NCBI RefSeq assembly: GCF_009914755.1
Contig: NC_060928.1
Origin: the human T2T-CHM13v2.0 reference genome, Homo sapiens
Strand: one strand, 5' to 3'
Length of the DNA stretch: 64,000 nucleotides
Shown: positions 1-13,750 of the stretch, piece by piece
Position numbering within the stretch: the first letter of the stretch is position 1
Layout: each line of letters begins with the position of its first letter
Position numbers and translations under genes: made by a program
Notes under the pieces: model-generated
What the model saw: the letters and a program-made list of their open reading frames with translations, nothing else
What the model was told of the DNA's origin: nothing
Databases searched by the model: none

Positions 1-1059
<1,059 letters not shown>

Positions 1060-1929
1060 TGACATATTTGCCTCAAAAAGAAATTTTCTTTAGTGTTACC
1101 TTAAATAGAATGTTCTCTAATGATTTTAAAGTAAGATTACGAGTAAATAAAATAGATAAATATATACGTATTAATGAATAGGACAGCTGGTTTTCAGCAG
1201 AACAGGGGTACTGGCTGTTCACTGCTCATGGCTGCTGTGACGGGTCAGTGGTCACGCTGCATGGTTGTGGATACGATGAATGTCACCACTACCTATTGCA
1301 CAAAGTAGGAAAGAGCTGAGGATAATTAATGTGACACTCGAATTTAACAAAAACCTCTAAAAGGATCAAATAGCACTCTGAAAATGAGTTAACAAATCAG
1401 AAAAAAAAATACGTAACTGTGTCTAAATGTTTTTTCTATTAAAAAAGGAAAAAAAATGAGCTGTTGAAGAATTATTTATGCTTTAGTTTATTAAAATATC
1501 AGTAAATAGAATTGCACTGTCTTTCTTTTAAGGATTTGTCTGTCTTTTGTGCCCTTTGATAATTAATTTTATTTGGTTTTCAAGATAATTATATAACTTG
1601 TCTTAATTCAAACTGCAACAACAAGCTAAGGAAAAGTTAGGGGGTTTCTGTAAAGAGTCTCTTTCTAAGTATCCAAAAGCCAGACTTTCACGCCTGCCTA
1701 TGTAGCAGTAGTAAGAACTCAACAAGGCTTCTAGCTGCATGACAAATATAATTCCTGGAATTTTCCTTCTTAAGTATTCACATAATCGCCCTTTCAAATG
1801 TAACAAGCATTTTAAATTCTTGTAAAGTCAGAGAGAATTCTTAAAGGAATAGCTACTACTCAAACAATTTTGACATGTAAACACCTACAGACTTTCATAT
1901 CTAAAGATAAAAACCTAAGAGAGTGTGTC

Positions 1930-2300
1930 AAGAAGGATTGCCTAAAATCAAACCCTAAGACAAGGATTCTCATGAAAGTGATTTATAGCATTTAGGAGGC
2001 AGAGTGTGTGAAGTAGGATAGGGCAGGAAAGGATGAACAAGGATGTGGTCTTGGTTGGAGCCTCACTTCAGCCTGACCTGGGCACTCAGGAGTACATATT
2101 AAACCTAGTTGGTTGTTCTTTGACACAAGGGACCAGTTCTTTGTACTCTCGTATTGTCGAATCACAGCTAATGCCCATTAAAGTGAGTGGAGGTAGAGGT
2201 GGGTGTTATATCCAGGCACACTAGCTCTCACTGGGCCAAAGGGATGAGTGCATAAGCCTAGTGAAAGCAAACTGGATGAGACAACAACAATATCTACTGC
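1930..2300 (-). mobile_element. Old ERVL-class LTR (LTR16-like) fragment
   Basis: 'aaccctaagacaaggattc...gtgattta...gaagtaggatagggcagg' resembles the reverse-complemented LTR16 end. Confidence 0.5.
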
Positions 2301-2406
2301 AGAGGTATATTTTTTAAATGTCTTGGAGAAAGAAATATCTTGCACAAGGTCCAGGTGATACTTGGACTGATGACAGCAACACAGTGCAGAGAAGAGAAAG
2401 TAAATA

Positions 2407-4772
2407 GAGGCATGCCTTCTCCTTTGATTGCACATTGCTTTTATTATGCTTCGCTGATACTGCACTTTTTACACATTGAAGGTTTGTGGCCTCCTGAAGC
2501 TAGCAAGCCTGTTGGTCCATTTTTACAACACCATGAGCTAGCTTCCTGTCTCTGTGTTACATTTAGGTAATTCTTGCACTATTTAACCTTTTCATTGTTA
2601 TTGTATATGTTAGGGTTATCTGTGATCAGTCATCTTTGCTGTTACTATTGTAATTGCTTTGGGGCACCATGAACTGCATTGCTACAAGACAGTGAAATTA
2701 ATCATTAAAATGTTGTGTGTGTTCCAACTGCTTCACCAGCTGGCTGTTCCCTCATCTCACTCCCTCTCCCAAAGACTCCCTATTCCCTAAGACAAAACAA
2801 TTTTGAAATTAGGTCAATTAATAATCCCACAATGGCCTCCAAATGTTTAAGTGAAAAGAAGAGTTACACGTCTCTCACATTAAATTAAAAGCTGGAAATG
2901 ATTAAATTTAGTGAGGAAGGTATTTTGAAAGCTGAGATAGGCCAAAAGATAGGCCTCTTGTGCCAAATAGTTAGCCAAGTTGTGATGCAAAGGAAAAGTT
3001 CTTGAAGAAAATTAGAAGTGCTACTCCAGTGAAAACATGAATGATAAGAAAACGAAACAGCCTTATTGTTAATATGGAGAAAATGTGAGTGGCCTGGACA
3101 GAAGATTAAACCAACCACAACATTCCCTTAAAGCCAAAGCCTAATCCAAAACAAGGACCTAACTTCAATTCTATGAAGGCTAGGAGAGGTGAGAAAGCTT
3201 CAGAAGAAAAGTTGGAAGCCAGCACAGGTTAGTTAATGAGATTTAGGGAAAGAATCTCCATAATATGAAAGTGCAAGATGAAGCAAGTGCTGATGGAGAA
3301 GCTGAAGCAAGTTATCCAAAAAATCTAGGTAAGATTATTGAAGAAGGTGGTTGCACTAAACAATAGATGTTCAGTATAGGTAAAACAGGCTTGTAAGGAA
3401 GAAGATCCCATCTAGGACTTTCTTAACTAGAGAAGAGATGCCAATGACTGGCTGAAAAACATCAAAGGACAGACTAACTCTCTTGTTACGGGCTAATGCA
3501 GCTGGTGACTTTAATTGAAGCCAGTGCTCATTTACCATTTAGAAAACCCGGGAGCCCTTATGCATGATATTAAATCTATCTTTGCCTGTGCTTTGTAAAA
3601 CATGGTTTACTGAGGATGTTAAGCCTACAGTTGAGACCTACTGCTCAGAAAATAAAAGATTATTTCAAAACATTACTGTTCACCGACAATGCACCTTGTT
3701 ACCCAGGAGCTCTGATGGAGATGTACAAGGGTTTAATGTTGTTTTCATACCTGCTAACACAACATCCATTCTGCAGCCCATGATCTAGGAACAATTTCAA
3801 TTTTCGAGTCTTAGTTTTTAACAAATATATTTCATAAGGCAATAACCAGCATACATAGTGATTCCTCTGATGGATCTTGGCAAAGTAACTTTAAAAAGCT
3901 ATCTGGAAAGGATTCACCATCCTAGATGTTTAAGAACATTCATTAAGAACATTCATAATTCATGGGAAAAAGTCAAAGTATCAATATTAACAGGGATTTG
4001 GAAGAAGTTAAAGCCAACTCTTATGAATGACTTTGAGAGGTTCAAGACTTCAGTGGAGAAAGTCACTGCAGATGTGGTGGAAATAGCAAGAGAACTAGAA
4101 TGAGAAGTGAAGCCTGAAGATGTGACTGAATTGCTGCAATCTCATGATAGAAGTTGAACAGATGAGGAATTGCTTCTTATGGAGGAGGGAAAAAAAGTGG
4201 TTTCTTTTTTTGGAAACTACTGTTGAAGATGCTGTGAACATTGTTGAAATGACAACAAAGCATTTAGGATATTCCATAAACTTTATTGACAAAGCAGCAG
4301 CTGTGTTTGAAAGGATTAATTCCAAATATTAAAGAAGTTCTATTGAAGACAAAATGCTTTCAAACAGCATTGCATGCTACAGAGAAATCTTTCATTAAAG
4401 GAAGAATCAATTGATGCAGCAAACTTCACTGTTGTCTTATTCTAAGAAATTGCCACACCTTGAACTTCAGCAACCACCACCCTGACAGCAGCCATCAACA
4501 GGTAGGCAAGACCTCCTACCAATGAAAAGATTAAAGCTTTCTGAAGGCTCAGACGAGTGTTAGCAATTTTTAGGAATAAAGTATTTTTAAAATTAAGTTA
4601 TATACATTTGTTAGCCATAATACCATAGCACACTTAATAGAATATAGCATAGTATAAACATAATTTTTATATGCATGGGAAATCAAAAATTTTGTCTGAT
4701 TTGCTTTATTGCAATATTTGCTGTACTGCTATGGTCTGAAACTGAACCTGCAATATCTCTGAGGTATGCTTG
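2407..4772 (+). mobile_element. Tigger1 DNA transposon (pogo/Tc1-mariner), full length, decayed transposase
   Basis: Termini 'gaggcatgcct...' and '...gaggtatgcttg' flanked by TA (2405-6, 4773-4). About 2.4 kb. ORF fragments such as VVFIPANTTSILQPM and WEKVKVSILTGIWKKL match pogo/Tigger DDE transposase, broken by frameshifts and stops. Confidence 0.92.
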
Positions 4773-4877
4773 TACTAAAACTAGATGTACACATACCGCT
4801 AAAAGTTGTTACACACGGAAGTGTAATTTAATCATAAACTCCACTAAGGTTATTATAGTACTTATGCTTTAGGAAGC

Positions 4878-5462
4878 TGTGATCAGTAGAATTCTAGGAT
4901 GGTCCCATGATCCCCACTCCCTAGCATTAAGCACTGTATAATCTGAGTCTGGGTGGGACTTGTGATTCGCTTCTAGCCAAACAAATATGGCAGAGCTGAT
5001 AAGATGCCACTCCCAAGATTATGTTTTATTATGTAAGACTTCATCTTAGCCAACTGAAGATAAAGGCTCTCCTGCTTGACATGAGGAAGCAAACACCCGT
5101 GCATGAACTGCCAAATGAGAGTCCACATGGATACGGCAAGTAACTGATTTTTCTTTAGGATTTGAGGACAGCTTCCAGCCAACACGTTGCAAAAGACCAG
5201 TGCCCTCAGTCATACAGTGCAGGAAAATGAATTCTGCTCACAACTTGAATGTGCTTGAAAGCAGATTCTCCCTGATCAAGCCTGTAAATAAGAACACACC
5301 ACAGCTGAAAGGTTGATTGCAGATCCTGAAACAGAGAACCCAGTGAAGCCATGCCTGCACCGACTCCTGATGTACAGAAACCATGAGATAATGAAGATAT
5401 ATTGTGTTAAGCTGCTGCCAAATTTTGGGTAATGTGTTATGTAGCAATGGAGAACTAACATA
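4878..5462 (+). mobile_element. MaLR LTR (MLT1E/F-like)
   Basis: Starts 'tgtga..agaattctaggatggtccc' and ends 'ttgggtaatgtgttatgtagcaatggagaactaaca', typical MLT1 termini. Confidence 0.75.
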
Positions 5463-5475
5463 GGTGTGTATTTTA

Positions 5476-5697
5476 AAACCAAATATTCTATGCTCTCACT
5501 TATAAATGGGAGCTAAGATGTGAGGACACAAAGGCATAAGAATGACATAATGGACTCTGAGGACTTGGGAAGGGTGGGACGGGGTGAGGCATAAAAAACT
5601 ACACATTGGGTTCAGTGTATGCTACTCAGGTGAGGGGTGCACCAAAATCTCAGAAATCACTGCTAAAGTACTCATCCATGTAACCAAACACCACATG
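5476..5697 (+). mobile_element. L1MA/L1PB-type 3'UTR fragment
   Basis: 'ctctcacttataaatgggagctaag...caccaaaatctcagaaatcactgctaaag..catccatgtaacc'. Confidence 0.75.
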
Positions 5698-5884
5698 TTG
5701 TAGTTCTTTAAATGTTTGGTAGTTTTAAGCAGCGAAACCATTGGTTCCCAGGGTTTTATTTTCTGGGAGAATTTTCATTATGGCTTCAATCTTGTTACTT
5801 CTTATTGGCCTGTGTAAGTTTTGGATTTATTCGTGTTTCAATCTTTGTAGGTGGTATGTGTCTAGAAATGTATCCATTTCTTCA
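5698..5884 (-). mobile_element. Antisense L1 ORF2 fragment
   Basis: Reverse complement matches the ORF2 region around 'atggatacatttctagacacatacc...aataagaag..attgaagcc'. Confidence 0.7.
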
Positions 5885-8800
5885 GGATGGTTGACTAAAG
5901 ACATTTTGTACTAGCTACCTCCTCTAAAAAGAACTAAAATAGCAAGTAGATAATCACACTTTGAAGATGTCATCCAAGAGAAAACACTGGAGTTCAAAAG
6001 GAAATGAATAGGCAATACCTAAGCAAGGAAAGAAAAAGAATCAAGGCAGTCTGCTCAACCTCGTTCAGCTGGGAGCCAAGAGAGACTCCCCAACACAAGG
6101 AAAGGGTAAATGAAAGATTCTCAGTTGTCCACATTTTCACCATAGACTTCTGCAATTCTAGCCACAAGAGAGCCCTCTACCCTCACAGATTCTGAAACTA
6201 ATAGAGGGTGTGGCTGGGAGATTTTATTATGTCATTGCCCCAGGAAGGATGCTCACACTGGGTGTCTGATATTTCTTGAGACCTAAGCTGCTACAGCAAA
6301 GTGCCATTTTATAACTCCATTTCCAACAGATGGTGCACTGTCCTGGAGCCCCACAATGCTGCCGCTGAGATGCAAGAGAAGCACAGGCTGCTGCTCCTGG
6401 GGCTTATGAAAAAGTGACCCCAGGTTATCCTACGCAGGGCAGAGACACACCTGAAACACGGACTGCTGTTTTTAGAACTGAGGTGTCAGTGAGACACAAT
6501 TCTAAAGCCCTTTCCCCCAACAGACTATGCACTGTCTTGAATTCCAGCAATGCTGTGACTGAGGTGCAAGAGAAGAGCTGACTATTAACTCCAGGGCTTA
6601 GGCATGACAGACTGTGACTGCCACACCCTCAGATGAGGTATAAGTGGTATGCATACTTCTCACCTACCAGCCTACACTTCTGTCACTGAAGTGGGCACTG
6701 CCCCAGGGAAGGGCACTGCACAGCTGCTATTTCCATCAACCTGAGAATTTCACTGATGGCCTAGGGATTACCTGACTTCTTCCTACCACAGCCAGCAGCT
6801 ACACACACCATCACATGCCTGAAGACAAGCCAACAAAGCCCAACTTTGCCCCTCTCCCCACTTATGCCAGTGTGCACAGTCCAGAAGCCAGGTGATTGCC
6901 CAGCCAAGTCAATCATTGTTGGCATCTGAACACTCCTCCTGAGAAACTGAGGTTGGGCCTATCCACTCAGCCACTACTACCACAACAGTCATCTACCTGC
7001 ACATGCTACCTGCAGGCCTGGAGACTGGCTGCCCAAAACCCACTGTAGCCACTGCCAACAGCAGCACTGCTCAGAACCAAAAGGGTCATCCTGCCACTGC
7101 CACTGTGATCACCCACACCACACCATCTGAACAGGGGCCCAATAACCCACCAAACTGCAAAGGTTATGGCTGCCATTACCAAGCATCAGAGTAAGCCACT
7201 TGGAGATTCAAGAATCAACCAACTTGGGTACGATAACACTAGTGTCAGTGTAAACCACCCTGAGCCCAAAAGACAGCTCACTGCTGCAACTACTGAAACC
7301 TGAACTCTGGCCTACCTAGCATCCTAATTCCCACAAAACTTCACCACAGCCTCCACTAATAACTGCACTCTAAGCCACTGAGGAAATCTCAGATACCACT
7401 GACACTTTTTACAGCCAAAGAAATTGTACAGAGACTACATTACTGCACATAACAAAAATCAAAGGCAAAGTGACCCACCCAACCAACATCACAGATAGAT
7501 CTTTAGGAAAAAGTCCTCTCCTATGAAAGCAAACTCAAAATGTTGAAAGAAGTGACTGATGTACCAGATGCAATAGAAGTCAGAAAAACAATTCAGGATG
7601 TGATGAGAAATTTAACAAAGAGATAGATATCATAAAATAAAAACAAAAAAATTCTGGAACTGAAGAATTCACTGAAGGAAATGTGAAATGCATTCAAAAG
7701 TTTCAACAATAGACTGGATAAAGCAGAGAAAGAATCTCAAAACCTGAAGACAAATCTTTTGAAATAATCCAGTTAGCCAACAATAAGGAGGACAGGCATG
7801 GTGGCTCATGCCTATAATCCTAGCACTGTGGGAGGCTGAAGAGAAAGGATTGCTTGAGCTCAGGAGTTGGAGGATAGCCTGGGAAAAATAGTAAGACTCT
7901 GTCTCTACAAAAAAAAAAAAAAAATTAAGTTATACAGACATGGTGGCACATGACTGTAGTCCCAGCTACTCAGAAGGCTGAGGCAGGAGGATCACTGGAG
8001 CCCAGAAGTTCAAGGCTACAGTGAGCAATGATCATGCCACTACACTTCTGCCTGGGTGACAGAGTGAGTTTCTGTATCAGCAAAAATAATAATAATAATA
8101 ATAAATAAATGAGAAAAAAAGAATAAATAAAACTTTTGTGATATATGGAACATCATGAAGTGACCAAATGTATGAATTATCAGTATCTCAGAAGGAAAAG
8201 AGAGCACAAAATAATTATAAAACCTATTTAATAATAGATGAAACTTCCCAAGTCTGGCAAGAGATTAAGACACCCAGATACAGAAGGGGCAACAGTCCCC
8301 AAACAGATATAATGTAAAAGGCCTCCACTTCACATTACAGTCAAAATATTTAAAGTTAATAAGAAAGAAAGAACTGTAAAAACAGAAAGAGAAAAATATC
8401 ATCTATAAAGGAACCTCCATCAGACTAACAGTAGATTTCTCAGCAGAAACCTTACAGGACAGGAGAAAATGGAATGACATATTTACTGTGCTGAAAGAAG
8501 AAAAAAAAACTGCTGATCAATTATACTACATCCAGCAAAGTTACCTTTCATAAGTGAAAGATAAAGTCTTTTCCAGACAAACAAATGCTCAGAAAATTCA
8601 TCATCACTAGACCAGTCCTAAAAGAAATGCACAAGAGAGGCTTAAATCTGGAAGCTAAAGGATAACATTTGCCAACATAAAAACACACACAAGTATAAAA
8701 CTCAATAGTAAAGGAAACACACAAATGAGAAAGAGAAAGAGACATAAATGACACAACTACAGGTCATTACCAATACAAAATGACAAATAATAAGAGAAAA

Positions 8801-11800
8801 AAACAAAAAAAAATATACAAAACAACCAAAATTAATTAACAGTATGACTGGGAGAAAACCTCACATATTAATAATTACCTTAAATGTAAATGGATTATAT
8901 TCTCCACTTAAAAGATATACTGGCTGAATGGATAAGAAAACATAATCCAACTAATCCCACTATATGGTGCCTATAAGAAATGCACTTTCTCTGTAAATAC
9001 ACATATAAACTCAAAGTAAAAGGATGAAAAAAGGTATTTTATGTGAAAGAAAAGCAAAGTGAGCAAGAGAAGCTATACTTATATAGAACAAACTTTAAGC
9101 CAAAAATAGAAAAAAAATTTAAAAAAAATAAGGAAGGTCATTATAAAATGATGAAGTGATAAATCCAGCAAAATAAAATAGCAATTCTAAATATATATGC
9201 AACAAACCCTGGAGCACTCAGATGCATAAGAAAATATTACTAGATCTAAAAAGAGAGATAGACTCCAATACCCTCATTCTATGCATTAGATAGAACATTT
9301 AGATACAAAATCAAAAAAACATTGGATTAAAACTGGACTTTGGACCAAATGGACCTAATAGACATTTACAAAACATTTTATCCTACTGCAGAATACACAT
9401 CATTCTCATCAGCACATATAACATTATTCAAGATAGATAATATGTCAGGCCACACAACAAGTCTATGTTTATTTTTTAAATAATTTTTTTAAAAAGTATT
9501 TTTTAAAAATAGAAATCATATTAAATATCTTCTCAGATCACAATGCAATAAAACTAGAAATCAATACTAACAGGAACACTGGAAACTATACAACTACACA
9601 GAAATTAAACATGATCCTGAATGACAATTGGGTCATGAGGAATTTAAAACGGAAATCAAAAAAATTCCTGAAACAAGTGAAAATAGAAATACAATATACC
9701 AACACCTGTGGGATACAGTAAAAGCTGTAATATAAGAAATTTATAGCAATAAACACCTACATCCAAAGAACGGAGAGAGGTAAAATAAACAATCTAACAT
9801 TGCCACTCAAAGAACTAAAAAAGCAAGAACATACCAAACCAAAAATTAGCAGAATAAAAAAATAATAAAAATCAGATTAAAATTATACAAAAATAAGGAA
9901 TAAAAAATCAATGAAACACAAAGTTGGTTATTTAAGCGATAAACAAACTTTATAAGCCACCAGCTAGACTAACCAAGGAAATAAGAGAGAAGACAAAGAG
10001 ATCAAAAATGAGACATTAATACTACAGAAATACAACAGCTCATCAGAGACAATTATGAACAACTAAATGCTAACAAATTAGAAAACCTAGAGGAAATACA
10101 TAAATTCCTGGATGCATACAACCTACCAAGATTGAATCAGGAATAAATAGAAAACTTGAACAGACCAATAATTAGTAGTATTGAAATAGTAATTTAAAAA
10201 TCTCCCAACAAAGAAAAGCCCGGGACCAGATAGATTCACTGCCTTTTCTAATATACATATAAACACCAATCATCCCCAAACTATTCCAAAATATTAAAGA
10301 GGAGGGAACTCTTCCTAATTAATTCCATGAAGCCAATATTACCTTCATACCAAAACCAGAGAAGGACACAGCAACAACAACAACAAAAACTACAGGCCAA
10401 TATCCCTGATAAACATAGATGCAAAAATCCTCAACAGTATACTAGCAAACCAAATTCAACAACACATCAAAAAGATAATACATCACAATCAAGTGAGATT
10501 TATGTGAGGAATGCAACAATAGTTTAACATACACATATCAATAAATGTGGCATGGCACATCAGCAGAATGAAAGAAAAAAACCATATGATTATCTCAATA
10601 GGCACAGCAAAAGCATTTGATAAACTTCCATATCTTTCATGATAACAACTCTCAACAAACTAGGCATAGAAATAACAGACCTCGAAATAATAAAGGTTAT
10701 GTATGACAAACCCACAGTCAACTTTAAACTAAATAAGGAAAAGTTGAAATCATTTACCCTAATTACTGGAACAAGACAAGGATGCCCATTTTAAACATCC
10801 CCATTCAATATAGTACTAAAAGTCTTAGCTAAAACAATTAGGCAAGAAAAAGAAAAAAACCATGCAGACTGGAACAAAGGAAGTCAAATCATCTCTATTT
10901 GCAACAAATTTAATAAAGCTGCAGAACACTTACAATCAATATACAATAATTAGTAGCATTTCTATACACAATCATAAAACAGACAAAAAAATCAGCAAGG
11001 CAATCCCACTTACAATAGGTAAGAAAAAATAACGTAGGAATAAATTTAACCAAGGTGAAAGATCTCTATAAGGAAAACTACAAAATACTCATGAAAAACA
11101 CTGAAGAGGACACAAACAAATGGAAAGCTATCCCATGCTCATGAATCAGAAGAATTAATATTATTAAAATGATCATACTGCTTCAAGCAGTATACAGCTA
11201 CAATGCAATTTTATCAAAATAGCAATGTCATTTTCCCCAAAATATAAAAAATAATCCTATAATTCATATGGAACAAAAAAGGAGCCCAAAGAGCCAGAAC
11301 AATCCTAAGCAAAAAGAACAAAGCTGAAGGTATCACACTACTTGACTTCAAAATATATTACAAAGCGATAGCAACCAAAACAGCATGGTATTAGTATAAT
11401 AATGGACACAGAATATAGAACCAATGAAACAGAATATAGAACCCAGAAATAAAATCACATATTTACAGCCAACTGATTTTTGACAAAGGCACCAAGAATA
11501 TATACTAGGGAAAATACACCTTTTTAACTAAATTGTCCTGGGAAAGTTGTATTGCAATATGCAGAAGAATGAAATTGGACTCCTATCGTCAACATACAAA
11601 AATCAACTCTAGATACATTAAAGACTCAAATGTAAGACCCGAATCTGTAAAAATTCTAGAAGAAATTATAATGAAAACACTTCAGGACATTGGTCTATGC
11701 AAAAAAAAATTTACAGCTAAGACCTCAAAAGCATAGCAAACTACAACATAAATAGACAAAGAAGACTATATTAACTAAAGAACTTCTCTATAGCAAGAAA

Positions 11801-12895
11801 AAAAAACATTAACAGTGACGTACTAATCTGTTGAATGGAACAAAATGTTTGCAAATTATTCAACCAGCAAAGGACTAATATCTAGAATATGCAGGGAACT
11901 CAAACAACAGCAAACAATTTTTAAGTGGACAAAGGACATGAATAGACATTTCTTAAAAGAAGACATACAAATAGCCAACAAGTATATGAACAAATGCTCA
12001 ACATACTAATCATCAGGGAAACACAAATCAAAACCACAATGAAGTATTATCTTACCTCAGTCAGAATGCCTATTATTAAAAAGCCAAAAAAATATATAAC
12101 ATACTGGTGCTGATGTGGAGAAAACTCTTATAAACTGTTGGTGGGAATCTAAGTTAGTACAACCACTATGGAAAACGGTATGGAGATTTATCAAAGAACT
12201 AAAATTACAACTACCATAGCTCCAGCAATCACACTACTGGTTATCTATTCAAAGGAAAACAAATCGATACATCAAAGGGATTCCTGCACTGGCATGTTTA
12301 TTGCAACACTATTCACAATAGCAAAGACATGGAATCAACCTAAATGTCCATCAGTGGATGAATGGATAAAGAAAATGTGGTACATATACATAATGGAATA
12401 CTATTCAGCCATTTAAAAAATAATGAAATCATGTTATTTGCAGCAACATGAATGAAACTAGGGTTATTATGTTAAGTGAAATAATCAAGTCATAGAAAGA
12501 AAACTATCACATATTCTCACTCATTTTTATGAGTTTAAAAAAGTTGATTTCACAAAAATAGAGAGTTGAATGATAGATACCATATGCTGGGAAGTGTGGT
12601 TGGATGGGATGAAGACAGGTAGGTTAACACATACAAACAAACAGTTAAATGAAAGGTATAAGTTCTATCATTCAACAGCAAAGTGAGTGACTATAGCTAA
12701 TAACAATGTATTGTATATTTTAAACTAGCTAGAAGAGAGAACTTGAATTTTTCTTAACACATAGAGATGAGAAATAACTCAAAATGATGTACACCTCAAA
12801 TACCCTGACTTCATAATTACATATTTTATGCACGTAACAAAACAACATGTACTTTATAAATATGTAAAATATTATGAATTTATAATAAAACAAAA
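5885..12895 (+). mobile_element. Near full-length old L1 (L1MA4/5-like): 5'UTR, decayed ORF1, ORF2 and 3'UTR
   Basis: 5' start 'ggatggttgacta'. GC-richer 5'UTR to about 7500; ORF1 remnants 7500-8660; ORF2 remnants (e.g. [21 protein letters not shown] at 12168-12416); L1MA-type 3'UTR ending 'tataataaaa'. Confidence 0.85.
7790..8110 (+). mobile_element. AluJ inserted in L1 ORF1
   Basis: Dimeric Alu with J diagnostics 'ggattgcttgagctcaggag' and 'aaggctacagtgagcaatgatc'; (AAT)n tail. Confidence 0.88.
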
Positions 12896-13750
12896 ACACA
12901 TGGCTCCCACTAGAACAGTTACAAAAGCAAAATAAAATTCAAAAATTATCTGTTTAAAGGTATTAGAGAGCTGCAAAAGCTTTGAGGATGACAGGAGTGT
13001 AGGTATCAGAAGGCAGAAAAACAAAAAAGTGAGTTGACACACTACAACCCTGATTCCTCTGGTGCCATTTACTGATTCTGCGCACACATAAGAGGATATC
13101 TACATAGTAAAAGTAACTCTTAACACAATATTGTAAAATCAATTCTAGATTGTTTAATATGAATTATGGAAAGTAAAAGGGAAAGCTTTTAGAAGAAAAC
13201 ATAGGAGACAAAATTCATGACTTTGGGTTAGGCAAAAATTTATTAATTAAATAAGGTACAAAACATACTAAGCATAAAGAATAAATTATAAGAAAAACTA
13301 CATTAAAATTAAGTATTATTATTAACTATACCATGCCACTGAAACAGTAAAGAAATCCTCTCAGTCCATAAGCAATAGAATCAAACCTGTAGATGAACGG
13401 GCAAAAGACTTTAACAGACATTTGACAAAAGAGGATATACGAATGAACCGTGAAATATGAAAATGTGCTCCATTTCATGACATCGGGGAAATGGAAATTA
13501 AAACCAAAAGTCAATGTCACCAAAATGGCTAAAATTAAAAAGTAAACAAAACTAAGTGTGGAAGGCAGAATTCTAAGATCCATGAGTTCAGCATCTTTGT
13601 ATCTATGGACTTTGTGTAATCCCCAACCTTAAAGTATGGGCAGCATCTGTAAATTGGTTCCAATACAATATGACAAAAGTGAATGGATTGTGCGTAGATA
13701 ATTAAGGTCTCTAATCTGTTTACTTTAAGTTAATAGAAAAGATTATTCTG

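Noticed and set aside
2407-4772. Domesticated or active Tigger transposase
   Set aside because: Multiple frameshifts and stops; the longest fragments are about 80 aa.
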